Source of the DNA: Vitrella brassicaformis CCMP3155
Lineage: Eukaryota; Protista; Chromerida
Reading direction: 5' to 3'
Assembly: GCA_001179505.1 (NCBI GenBank)
Contig: CDMY01000336.1
Span: forward strand, 248,001 to 312,000
DNA: 64,000 nucleotides
Part shown: piece after piece, positions 34,086-46,423 of the stretch
How positions within the stretch are numbered: position 1 is the first letter of the stretch
Layout of the letters: each line of letters starts with the position of its first letter
Notes under the pieces: model-generated
What the model saw: the letters and a program-made list of their open reading frames with translations, nothing else
What the model was told of the DNA's origin: nothing
Databases searched by the model: none
Translations under genes and position numbers: made by a program

Positions 34086-35506
34086 ATGATGGACGGCAGC
34101 GATGCGATGAAGCGCAAATGCGACCGCTCCCGGCTGCCGTTTCAAAGCATCGCTGCGGATGAAACTGCCGGGTGCACCAACGGCTACCCCGCGCCCACAG
34201 ACGCACACCCACCGCCACACGGCGGGCCGACGCCACTGACGGACGACGGCACCATGGCTCAGAAGCGGCAGGGTGCGGGTCCCAGCGCGCAGCCGGGTCG
34301 TGTGCTGCTGATCCGCGATTTGCCGCGGGACGTCAACGAGTTGGAGATCAAGGAGGCCTTCTCGCGATTCACCGTGGGGCAGGCACTCAGCGTGTTCCAC
34401 GTCCCGAGTGCTGGACAGACGCTCGTACAGTTTCCGGTATGTGGGAGGAGGGGGAGGGAGGAGAGAGAAGGGAGGAGGGAGGAGGGTGGAAGGAACATTC
34501 TTCATGAACCCTCCCACCATAGATATATCGGTATGTGTCATGTGATCAGGACGGGCCGGCTGCGTCGGCTGCGCTGGCTCAGGTGCGTCAGGGTGGTGTG
34601 GTGATCGGCGGCTGCACCATCCAGGGCGACTACAGCAACGCCGATTGCCGCATCCTGCTCGTCAACGTCACCAATTTGGGCTACCCAGTCGAGATCGACG
34701 CACTGCACCGCATCTTCTCCGCACACGGACCCGTCAAAAAGGTCAGCGACGGACACACACACCACAACAAAGCAGCTTGCCTTCATCTGTGTGTGTGGTT
34801 TCTTATGTGTTGCAGATAGATCTGTTGTCTGGGACGGTGCGCGGGGTGGCGCAGGCGCTGATTCAGTTCGAGAACTTGACTGACGCCGCGCAGGCCGTCA
34901 CACACGTCAACGGACACAACATGTACGACGGATGCAACACCCTGCAGGTATGTACACACGGCATGGCACCACTGACCACCACACAAGATCCACTGGATGG
35001 GTGCAACCAATGTTGGTGCCTTTTCTGCTCTCTCTTCTGCTAGCTGCAGGTTCAGCTCTCTGGCGTGACGATGACGGAGTTATCGGTGGGGGACGGCCCC
35101 AACAAGGGCCGCGACTTCACTATACAACCACCCACCGCACACCCCGCTGGTCAGCCGTTACGCGCACACACCCGATGCTGATGTCGACGTCACTTGTCGT
35201 CTGGTGTGGTGTGGTGTGGTGTGGTGTGGTGTGTCCCTTACGTATGGGTGGCTCTCTGACAGCTCGTGGCGGTGTTAACTCGATGCCCCTGGGCTACTCC
35301 AACTATGCGCCACCATCACCAATGGTACGTAACAGCACAACAAAGACGCGAGACGGAGAGGCCATGTGAGCTCATCTCTCTGTCCTTTTTGTTGGGTCAC
35401 CAGGGCATGCCCCCGCAGGACATGAGTGCGATCGGCGGTCTCACCCCACCTCCCCTGCCGCCCACTACACACCCGCCTCACACAAGGGCCCGCAACAGCA
35501 ACAAAG
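34086..35506 (+). CDS. PTBP: PTB/hnRNP-L-like protein with two RRMs and a Pro-rich tail (3' end uncertain)
   Basis: RRM1 RVLLIRDLPRDVNELEI..QTLVQF. RRM2 RILLVNVTNLGYPVEIDALHRIFSAHGPVKKI..QALIQF..VNGHNMYDGCNTLQVQLS..GRDFT matches the PTB RRM2 pattern. Six GT-AG exons. Confidence 0.8.
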
Positions 35507-35629
35507 GTATACATGGACACGTCAGTCACCAGAACAGCCACACATGACCACATCCATCAAGTCTTAAGAGCGGCGGATGATGTGATGTCCATTTGCTGTT
35601 TGTCGTGCAGCAGTGGCCGCAGTGTGGTT

Positions 35630-37411
35630 ATGTCTGGTTCATCGGCTGGCAGACCTCTGCCCCTCCGCTGGGTCAGACACAGCAGGCTCAACGTTGCCGC
35701 CAACCTTCCAAGCCTGCCACTGGCTGCGGACATTCTCTCGCGCACTTTCACTCGAACCCAGCAGGTGACGGACCTCATTCAGCAGCAGGGAGCCGATCCC
35801 AATGAGCATCCCCAGCTGCGGGTGAAGGGCAGCACCACGCCCCGCTTCGCACCCTATCCGCTCTTGGCGCTGTGCATTGACAACCTCACCGACAACCGCA
35901 TCCCGTCCATCTGGGCAGCAGACGGCGATGGGAGGGACTCTCCCGTCGCTTTGCCGCAGTGGTCGTCACCCGACCTGCAGGAGGGCGTCATGAAGGCACT
36001 CATCGCCGGAGGCGTTGACATCAACGCCATCCCGACCGACGATGCGGGGAGGAGGTGCCTGACCGCCACGCCCGTCCGCGTGGCCATCAGAGCGTGCAAC
36101 GAGACGGCCTTCGGTCTGCTCATGGCAGAGGCTGGGCTGCAGCTGGGGGGCCGTCAGGTGATGCGGCTGCCATCGACACTGGACACGGACCGGGCCACCG
36201 AGGACCACGAGGCCACCCTGCTGTCCTTCTACCGGCAGCTCATTGATCGCGACCCCACCCTCGCAACCGAGACTGATGCAGACAGTGGCGGCAATCCGCT
36301 GCATTGGGTGATCTTCACCCCTCCCGTCTGGTCCCAGGCTTTCATCGACAGCTACATCGACCTGTTGGTGGCCAATGGGGCGGACATGACGGCAGTGGAC
36401 ATCATTGGCGCGACGCCATTGCAGTGTGCGGCAATGTGGGGGTTCCATCGCCTGGCTGCCTCCCTGTGCCGCCGCCTCCCGTCTGCCGACATCAACCGAG
36501 GGCCCCCCAACCGCCCCAACCGCACGCCCCTCTGGTGTGCTGCCCAATCATTATGGCTCGACATTCAGCTGGAGCATAACGACACTGCGGAGGCGGCATC
36601 CAAGGACAACGCCAGAGCCCGGATTCCCCATCTCAAGAGCACCATCCGTGTGCTGCTGGAAGCGGGGGCGGACATCGCCCGGCTGCCCAATGCCACTGAG
36701 GGGGACCGCCGTGCTCGGCATCTGGTGCTGGCCGAGCACACGACGGTGCTCAACGAGGTGCCCCGTGTGGTCATGGCGGCCATCAACGCCGCCCTCGCCC
36801 CTCAGCGCGACCACTCGATGCTGCTCGCCCGTCTGCTGCCCCTGGCGCCCCACCACGACGGCCACCCCACGCACCCATCCCCCTCCAAGCTCTCATTCGG
36901 CCCCCAGGAGGCAGAGGCCATCACCTGGAAGATCGGCTCCTTCCTGCACGAGCCACACACCGCCATGGCGACCGTCGATGAGTACCTGATGGGCGAGTCG
37001 CTGCTGAAGCGCCGTGTGCGTGCGGCCGTGGCGCATTTCGTGACGCAGGCGGCCACACGGACGACCGGCAACCGGGAGGTTGTCGGGGGGACGAGGCACG
37101 TGCAGCAGGAGGAAGGGACGAAGCGCACCAGAGTGACGATTCCGCCCCTGCAGTGCTTTGCTGTCAATGGGGGGCAGGAGGGGGGCGGGCAGCATCGGCG
37201 GCTGGGTGTGCGTGAGGTGGTCCACAGGGCTCGGCTGGACGAGGCGGCGCAGCACGGTGTGGAGGGGGTGGTCAAGGGCTTCAACACCCACCTCGACGAT
37301 AGCGACTGCCAGTTCCAATGGCAGCAGCTGGGGTATATCAACAGGGGGGGGCAGTTCGAGGCACTGCAGATCAGCAGGTGGTGGGCAGCATGGGTATGTT
37401 TGTGGGGCTGA
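35630..37411 (+). CDS. Ankyrin-family copy C (uninterrupted ORF)
   Basis: GNPLHWV, ATPLQCAAMWG..ADIN..RTPLWCAA and LLEAGADIA, plus the family C-terminus RRLGVREVVHRARLDEAAQHG. Confidence 0.9.
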   Translation: MSGSSAGRPLPLRWVRHSRLNVAANLPSLPLAADILSRTFTRTQQVTDLIQQQGADPNEHPQLRVKGSTTPRFAPYPLLALCIDNLTDNRIPSIWAADGDGRDSPVALPQWSSPDLQEGVMKALIAGGVDINAIPTDDAGRRCLTATPVRVAIRACNETAFGLLMAEAGLQLGGRQVMRLPSTLDTDRATEDHEATLLSFYRQLIDRDPTLATETDADSGGNPLHWVIFTPPVWSQAFIDSYIDLLVANGADMTAVDIIGATPLQCAAMWGFHRLAASLCRRLPSADINRGPPNRPNRTPLWCAAQSLWLDIQLEHNDTAEAASKDNARARIPHLKSTIRVLLEAGADIARLPNATEGDRRARHLVLAEHTTVLNEVPRVVMAAINAALAPQRDHSMLLARLLPLAPHHDGHPTHPSPSKLSFGPQEAEAITWKIGSFLHEPHTAMATVDEYLMGESLLKRRVRAAVAHFVTQAATRTTGNREVVGGTRHVQQEEGTKRTRVTIPPLQCFAVNGGQEGGGQHRRLGVREVVHRARLDEAAQHGVEGVVKGFNTHLDDSDCQFQWQQLGYINRGGQFEALQISRWWAAWVCLWG

Positions 37412-38308
37412 GCATCGCCTGACGGCCGTGGTACCGATAGATAGACAGCAGCGAGCGGCGGATAGATTGCACATGCATAGAGGCAGACGGAGGGATGGAT
37501 GGATGGAGGGAGGGAGGGAGGGAGAGAGAGGGCGCAAATTGCTGTCGTAGAAGGCGGGCGTGTTGAGGCGAGTGTGTGGACACCTTCCTCCATCCCCTGC
37601 TTCACTCTCTTCTCGCCTCGTGCGACCAACTGCTTGCTTCCTAGTCGCATGTGTGTGTGCACAGCTTGGTGAATTGTGTGCTGTTTTTCAACCACCGATT
37701 CTGCCTTATATCCGTTGCTTGACAGACACAGCCAGACAGGCAGACAGGCAAGGAGGGAGGGAGGGTGGATGTCTAGTTGGCGCATGGACGGACTGATGGA
37801 GGGTCCTTGATTGATTCATGTGTGTCGGCGTAGCTGCGGACGACTGACTGGGGGGACTGCGTGAGGTGTGGTGTGTACAGGTCGGTCTGTCTGTCTGTCT
37901 GTCTGTGTGTATACGGGGTGGCCGACCAGGTAGCTGGCTGGCTGGGTGCTTTGTTTGGCCAGCCGCCGCGGCTCATGTCGGTCGGCAACCTTATTCGTGT
38001 CATCCATCGCTGCGTGCAGCTGTGTATGTATGGGTGGTGCTCTGACTGAGGCGGGTGGGTGGAAGACCCCTCCTTGATGTAGCTAGCTAACGCGCCACTT
38101 GTACCATGTGGCTGCTTCAGATGGCATCTTTGTTTGCACCCATTGATCGACCAAAACAGAGAGGGTCTCACTCTACTCACGACATGAAGCTTGTTTCATC
38201 CATCCATCCGTCCGTCCACGCCACAAGCGCATGAAGGAAGCGTCAGGCACATCACGCCACACCGGCGTCATGTCATTGAAGACAACACCACCTTGGCTAA
38301 GCCCCTCC

Positions 38309-41300
38309 TCACATCCGCAGAATGTACAGACGGCCGTCCTCCCTACACACACACGACACGCCACGACACGACACCAAGAGAACGAACATGATTGACGACA
38401 CACATGCATCCCCCCTGATTGCTTGTCCGTCCCACCCACTCACCTGACGAGTCGCAGCTCGTTGCGTGCCGTCCATGAGAGCGATATCGTCTGCAGCTGC
38501 TGCAACACACAGCACGCGACACACACACAGCATACAGACATCATAAATGTGCTGTCCCGTGACCCATCATCTCATCTGAGTGGCGTACGTGGACGGGGGA
38601 GTTGAAGACGCCGGCCACTTTGGTTGCCGGGAGTGAGTGTGCCTTGAGGCACTTGCCAGACATGCCCAGCAGACCTCCAAAGAACCCTGTCGACCCACAC
38701 TGATGGGTGATAATGCAACCCAACACACACACACACACACGCACAGGCACACACAACACACGTGCACGCTTCATGACGGTCGGCAGCGTGTCTTTGGTGT
38801 CTGGTGTTGCTCATCATCTATATGGTCTGTAGATACCTGCCACGTGCGTATGGATCGGTCGCCGGCCGAGTAGGAGGCCAGGTGATTGCCGTCCTCAGAG
38901 AAGGCCAAACAGCTCACACGACCTGATGAATGAACCAACCAATGAATGAATCGGTGACAACACACAGCAAAGCGTGCCAGCCAGGTCGAGTCCATCGTCT
39001 TCTCTGCCCTCTGACCCACCTACCCACCGGTGTGCCCCTCGAGTATTCGCCACTTGGTCGCCGTCCGCAGGTCGTATATCACTATCAGACCCGTCGTCGT
39101 GCCCTGCAGCAAGGAAGGAAACACATACACACACATACGCACACACAGGGGTCTCCCTCCCTCCCTCCCTCCCTCGACTGACTGACTGACCACGGCGAAT
39201 CTCTGAGTGATCTGGTGGAAGGTGACCATGGGGAAGGTCTTGACCAACTCGAACAAGGCTGACGTCGCCGCACTCAGAGAACTACGCCTGCACACACACC
39301 AAAGACACACACACAGCCACAAAAGGGAGGGCAACATCGTCAGCCAGCCTGGTGACCAGATCAGATCAGATCGGGTGTAGTGTGTGTCTGTGACTGCAGG
39401 TGAGTGACCTCAGGACGGGGTCTGATGGCTCCAGGCACCTCAGGACGGCCTCAGTGAGGGTCGGCAGCCACGGCAGCACTTTCTGCGGGAAACTGCGGGA
39501 AAATAACACACGACACACCGATTCGATCAGCAGGCATCCGCCACAGCGTTGACGCCACTCACTTGTTGACGAACCGCACCAGGACCAGGAGGGCCGAGTT
39601 GGCGTACGGCGCCCCCAGATCAAGACGCCTGACATGGCAAAAGAGACAGACAGACTGCATCACCTCCTTGACCTCTCTTGACTTGAGGCTTGGCTGCCTG
39701 GGTTGGTACCGTACCTTGCGGCGGCCCCCATGGCAGCGATGAGGAGTGAAGGGTCCTGTGTGCCGATCTGCTGCAGGATGGACAGGCATGGCGTGGCGTA
39801 GACAGGCTGCTGCGATAGACCCAACACGCGAAGCGACAACGTAAACAGCTCACCCTCCTCCTGACATGACACACAAACACACACACACCCATCAACACAC
39901 ACAACACACACACGCGCCTTCCCAGCTGCCCAGCTCCCGTCCGACATACATACCGCCGATCTGTTCTGCAGCGCGTCTCTGTCACCGAAGTCCCTCCTCA
40001 CAGCCGATGCCGCCACGCTGCTCAGGTCCTTCATGTTCGGCGACTGTGCCGGTGTGGCGCCGTCGCCCCCCGCAATGGACGAGAGGCTCTGGAGGTGGAT
40101 GCCCTGCTTGTTGGTGGCCGTAGGCAGCGCGTGGCGCCACAGAAATGAGAAGGCGAGAGCGAAGAACTCGCAGGAGAGGTAGGTGACGATGGTGCGGTTG
40201 GGGGGCGGCTGCACCTGCTGCTGCTGCTGTGAGTCGTGGGTGTGTGCGTGAGATGGGTGCTGCATGTGGGAGGGGAGGGGGGCCTGGGTGTGGGTTGAGC
40301 TGAACATGATGCGCAGCAGGGCCTGGGTCACTATGGGCGTCCCGAGGGATGGGGGGCGGCCTGCCAAGAAAGACGGAGACAGTGGTGACACCCACATGAG
40401 AGACCAGCTGCCTGTAGGTGGAGAGATGTACCTACCGTATTGCTCTGGTCGTTCGTAGCCCACGACAGCCAGGAAGGTGAGCGCCGCATCGTCCGTGCGA
40501 ACCTGAACACAAAAACAGGACGGACAGACAGACAGACAGACAGAGAGACAGACAGAAGGATGCCATGAATGCAGCACAACTCAACCAGCGATGGCGCAAA
40601 CACGCGCATGCCCACCCTGAAGTCGTGGTGTTGGTCGCTCCATATCATGGGCAGGGGTCTCTGGCTGCTGCCACCCGCAGCAACCACTGCCAACGCCGCC
40701 ACGACCTCAAACGAATTCCGCATTGTCTGACAAACACCCCCACACACACAACCACACTCGCATCGCCATGATGCAGGCCGGTTGGTGCCTGTGTCTGTGT
40801 CTGTGTCTGTGTGTGTCTTCTCACCTCTTTCAGAATTTCGCTGTCGGATAGCCGCACCGCCCGCCTCAGAGCCATCTTGGCACTCTTGCGTAACGCAGAA
40901 CTGCAAAATGCAAAACAGAGAGGTCGGCAGATCAAACTTATCCGCTGCTGGTTCCTCTGAACACCCATGTGATGGTTGACCCTTACTGACAATCTGGTCT
41001 GCAGCAGTATGTGTGCCAGGAGGATGAGCGACGGCATGGCGCCCTTCGGCCGCGGGTCCCTCCTCTTCCCGCCGCTCCCATGATGATACTCACCATCCTG
41101 CTCCGCGCCGCCACCACCACCACCAGCTCCTCCACGCCCCTTGCCGCCTGCACCTGCCCCCAGGATCTCCCGCATCATCAGCTCACGCAGCCACGGCAGC
41201 GACGCAGGACCCACAACCAGGGACGGTATCCGTCGGTTGCCAAATAGGTGGACGAAGAGGGTGTCGAAGCTGATGGCGAGGAGTGCCGACATGTGGCCGC

Positions 41301-44300
41301 TGAGAAGGTCGGAGAGCATGACGCCGCCGTCCCATGGGGGCACCTGTGGGGGGTATAGGGTGGGCACGAACTGCAGGGCGGACCCGATGGACCGCTGGGA
41401 GACGTCGCCCACGCCGCCTCGTTTGAGGATGCCGTGGGTCTTGTGGACGACGCCAGAGGCCTCCGATGATGTGGCACGGGCCGCGTCGACGTAAGAGGGG
41501 CTGGCTGTGGGCGGGGGCATGTGGGGCTGCGGGAAGGGCTCGTCCTCCTCTCCCCCCTGCTGCTTCATCTCCCTCCCCCTCTCCAGCCCCCGCCCCTGCG
41601 CAGCCTCCTGCATGGCCTTGGCGAAGTCAACAGTCCCATCGGCATCATCCTCCCCCTCACCGTCACCCTCGTGATCGATCTCCTGCTGGTCCCCTCTGTG
41701 GGGCGGCACAACATGGCGGCCAGCGGCCAAGGCTGACTTGGCCGCATCTGTGGCTGAATCGCTCTTACGCCGAAATGCTGGTGGCTTCGGCGGTAGGTCC
41801 TGGGCCGCCACCAGTTCGGGTGAGGATTCATCGCCTGATGGAGCGATGGATGGGCCGGCGCTTGTGTGAAGGGACTGCGAGTGGTCAGTGATCTTGATGA
41901 CGGTGGGTTGGGGCGAGACGGATGGGGGGACGGGGGGGGCGGGGTAGGGGAGAGGGGAAGGGGCGTGCAGGGGCTCCGCTGACGGGCTAGAAGAGACGAT
42001 AACCCTGCCACGTGACGACGGTGAACCATACTGGGCTGTGCCGACAACATATCTGCAAAGGACCAAACAGAGAGCATAAAACGAAAATGAGCCCACAAGG
42101 AAGGTGTCACTTGTTGTACTGGCCCATGGTCGGCTGACCTTCTAGACGCCTTGACAGGCTCGACGGTGGGCGCCTCCCCGTCATCCCTGCCGTCATCCCG
42201 CCTCCGCCTCGCGCGCATCGGCGACACATCCAGCACCGTCTTGGTCTTCAGATCGCCCACAGGCCGCCCTAACCTTCGGGGCCGCTCGTCCTCGTGCGCT
42301 ACCACAGACGCCCTCCTCACACGTGGCGGCAAGGTCGGTGCCGCCGACTCGGCAGACAGATGGCGGCCCTCAACCCCTGCCCCTCCCTGGCCCGACGCTG
42401 GCTTGGGTGGAAGTGGGCCGCTGATGGGGGGCAGTGTCTTGGTGTCGGCGAGTGCGTCGAATTGTGAGAGTACGGGAGGGAGAGGTATGGAGAGGGTGAA
42501 ATCGACGCCCACGACGGCGAGTGTGACGGGGCAGCATGGGAGGGTGAGGAAGGGGAGGTGCTGCTGCACCTGCTCGTCGCAGCTGCTGCTCAGGTGCCAT
42601 GGGAAGAACAGAGACAGCAGGGGGAAGGCCGACAGGATCCACTCGAGACGGTCGGTGTAGGAGTGGTGCATATGCAGGCCCTTCGCCCCACCACTGCTGT
42701 GGCCGGCCTCCTCCTTCAGGTGCTGCACTTGGGACGTCATGGCGTGGATGAACTCCGCCACGGGCAGCAGCAGCACCCCCGCCGACGCCACGTACAGTTG
42801 CTCAGACACTTCGCCCCGCCCTCCATCGCCTGACGACGTGCTTGTGGTCCGGGGGAGGGCAGCCGGCAGCCGGAGGTCCGTGATGGCCAGCCCAAAGGAG
42901 GTGTGCGAGATGTGGGGCTGCGTGTGGGCGGCAAGAGCCGCCACATTGGAGGGGAAGGTCCATGCCTCGGTGGGTCTCCCAAGCCCTCCCAGCGGCGCCA
43001 CAGGGGCCAGGTCGACGCGGCGCTCGAATGTGCCGGAGGGCAGGTGCCACACATAGGCCGCCACGCTGGTGAAGATGGCCAGCAGGTCCGTCTGCAGGTC
43101 CAGCACCACTCGTCGCACGTCGGAGGCCATGCACCCGCTCCTGCGGCTGATCTGGCACAGGATGGTGCCTCCATGCAGCTGCTGCATATGCCGTCTCGCC
43201 CCCCTGGCCGGCCGGTCGTCGGCCGTCCACTTGGCGGTCCAGAGGAGGGCGGCCTCTGGTGCTGTGCTGCGGCCGTGGTGGTGTGGGTTGTGGTGGTTGT
43301 ACACGTGGGCCGCCTGTGAAGTGTCGAGGACACACATGTGGTTGGAGGCGTCGATCGACAGTACCTTGGAGGGGTCGCACCGCCACTGGCCATGCGACCC
43401 GTGGGGCTGCCGCATCGACGAGCCCCCCGCCCCTGACGGCGCCAGGTAGACCCGATGGAGGGCGATGACCGATGTGGCGTGACATGCCGGGTGGAAGCCT
43501 GTGAGAGTGAAGTCAGGCATGTTCCACCAGCAGAGGTCGCCAGACGTGGTGCCGCCGATCAGGAGGGACGACGCGAGCGCGCGGAGGACACAAATGGCCG
43601 GTTGGGGGGCGGCAGGGGGAGAGGGGGCGGGCGATTGCCGTCTGTAGGGCGTCTTGAGGTGGAACACCGAGAAATACGGCTGCGACGGGTCGACGTCTGG
43701 CGGCTGGTCCGAGTCGTCGACGGCTTCGTCGTGCTGCGGCTGCTGCTGGACCACCTCATCGCCATTGCTGTCGATGCTCCACCTGACGTGCAGATGGGGG
43801 TGGTGGGGGTGCACCTCACCGCTGCTGTCGACATAGCCGTCACCCTCGTCATGGTGGTGGGTCTTGCGCAGGAACTCAGACCGATCTTTGGACAGCGCAT
43901 TGAGCCGCACAGCCGCTATGGCGCCGTCAGAGAAGGACTGCACCAGGAACACTCGGTGCTCGGCCTCCAGGATGCACGACGAGAGGCTCCTGCGGGCGGT
44001 GCTGACGGCATCCGCGGTCTGCTGGTGGGGGAGGAGGGGCGACTCGCGTGGGAAGAAGATGGACTGAACGCCCGCCCGTTTCCGCTGCGGCAGCTGCCAG
44101 ATCTTCCGCAGCGGCAGGGTCTGCATGCTCCACCTGGCGGGTGGGGCTGCTGGTGAACAGCGTGTCTCTTGCCCTTGCCCTTGCCCGGCCATCCACACTT
44201 GCACCACATCCGGCAGAGACTCCGTCACAGCCCACAGCCCGATCGAATACACGGGGGCGGCGCTGGTCGAGCTCTTTCTCCACCTCTGTCCTTGCAGCGC

Positions 44301-46216
44301 GATAAAGCACGGCCCCACGGGATACGCACTGCCGGGGTCGCTGGGGGCCGCCTCACCTGTACCCCCTCCCGCCTCGCCCTCACCGCCCCCACTGATGGCC
44401 TCGGGCAGCGTCGTGAGCAAGGACGGTGATACCAGCTCGCTGTCTGACGTGCCTTTGGGCCTCTGCAAGGGAGTGGGGGTGTCGGATGAGGCGGTTGTCG
44501 AGTCGTCCGCCGCCCTCGGCCTCAACGGCGACTTCTGCCGTGACGGCGGGTTGACGTAGGTGTCGATTTGCCGCCTGCTGGATGGCGTGGACGTGGGCGG
44601 GCGTGTGGGTGCGGTGGCAGGGGGGTTGGTCTGGGAGAGGCAGTAGGTGTAGCATGCACCTGATGAGGTCCATGCCGCAAGCAGGAGCTTCCACGCGGAG
44701 AGGGAGGACGGCGGCCTCGAGCGACTGGCGGGAGCATCGGCGTCTGCGCTACATGTCAATAATGAGAGATACAACACACACACCGAGACAACACATGGTC
44801 GATCTGATCTATGTGGCATCTGTGGATGTGTGTGCATCTGTGTGTGTGCGTTTTCTCACCCAGTGGAGTCCTCATCTCGCAGCTCTGATGTCGCAGTGCC
44901 CTCCACATACAGCAGCTGCGCCCCCTCCCAGCCGCCCGCCGCACCTGCAGAGATCAGCGGTCCCCCGCCGGTCCTCTTGGGCATGTCGGGACAAAACAGG
45001 TCGATGAACGGCTGCAGCACAAACGTCACATCGCCCGAAGAGCCGTTGCCGCGCTTGCCCGACGGTGTGGGGGCTGGTGGCTGTTTGCGCCAGATGACGA
45101 TGCGCGAGTGGCCGACGGCGACCAGAAAGTGTTTGCTGAGGGCTATGCGGTGGCATCTCGAGGCGCCCCGGCCCGCGCCGGTGACAGCGGGGGGAAAGCG
45201 TGTGGCGCTATCGTCGTCCGTCACGCCGAGAGAGCGGCCGGCAAAAGCCAAGAAGTCGTCTTCTTGCTGAAATCGGAATGCACACACCAGCCAACCACAG
45301 AGAGGGAGAGCCTCGACGGATACTACATGGCCATGAGCTCGCTCACCTTTTTGTCATGCTCCAGCGCGTCGCTAGTGAAGGTGGCCTTGAGCTTCATGGC
45401 CGCCCCAGCCCCACCCGTGCCGTCGACACCAATGCCATCCCCACCCCCACCGCCGCCTTTTTTGTCCTTATCGGCGGCCCCCGCCCCCCTCTCAATGCCC
45501 ATGGGGATCCGAAACAGCTCGCCATCCTTCGGAGGCCTGACCAGTCGTGTGGCGGCCGCCTTGTCCAGGTCCCAGCAGAACACCTTGCCCTTCACCGATA
45601 GTGCTGCTGCGAGTGCAGGCTGGGGGGCGGGGGCGGTGGGCACAGCGATGCTCGACAGGGGCAGTGAGTCGGTGACGAGATGGCACAGCAGGGACTGGCT
45701 CCAGAGGTCGAACACGCACAGGGAAAGGCCGTCAGACAGCAGCAGGAAGTGGGTGTATGGCGCCGGGAAGACGCGCACACACTTGGCCTTGAATGGGATA
45801 CGGTCTCTGAGGATGGCCAGACACCGGCCGTCGTTGTCGGACCACACGCGGGCGGCTCCGTCTTCATGGAGGGAGATGACCACATCCTCAGAGCATCCGG
45901 TGAAGAGCGGCGTCGGGCAGCTGCTGAAGGCCACGTCATGCACACCACAGGGGCCGGTCCAGTCGGGGACCAGCACGTGCCGGGGGATGAAACGCCGAAT
46001 GCCGACGCACTCGGCGTCTGCCGCATCAGCAGAGTCGCCTTGTGCCGCTTGGGAGTGGCCGATGGAGACGGTCCAGAGGTAGATGTGGCCCGAAGTGCAC
46101 CCGGTGGCGAGCTTGACGTGTGATGGATGGAAGGTGGCGCACGTGATGGACTGCTCCGCCTCGATATCAGGCCATATCGTGCACGCCAACCACACGTCAG
46201 ATGAACCGCTCATCAT
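38309..46216 (-). CDS. WDR7: WDR7 / rabconnectin-3 beta-like WD40 protein
   Basis: N-terminal WD repeats ITCATF..KLATGCTSGHIYLW and VISLHEDGAARVWSDNDGRCL. C-terminal FPMVTFH..RFAVGTTTGLIVIYDLRT..LEGH, VSCLAFSEDGNHLASYS and SWTARNELRLV|REDGRLYILRM*. This matches WDR7 architecture. Confidence 0.85.
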
Positions 46217-46423
46217 GATCTCACTGACAAAAAGAGCCACTTAAACGTGATCTTGGTGGGCGGAGCTCCTCATGCCGGCAGCAATGGGCCCTCGTCGCCG
46301 AAATCCAGCGCATCTCGTCGACATCTGCAATCTGAGCTTGCACGTGTCGAGCTCGCATCGTTTCCCGTTGCTTTTTCGGTGCATTCACCGTGGCGCTGCG
46401 TCGAGATGGAGGTGCCTCGTCAG

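Noticed and set aside
26168-37460. Autonomous transposon explaining the duplications
   Set aside because: No transposase, RT, integrase or Rep/helicase motifs. The helicase is a cellular DEAD-box fragment, and no convincing TIR or TSD is visible at the module ends.
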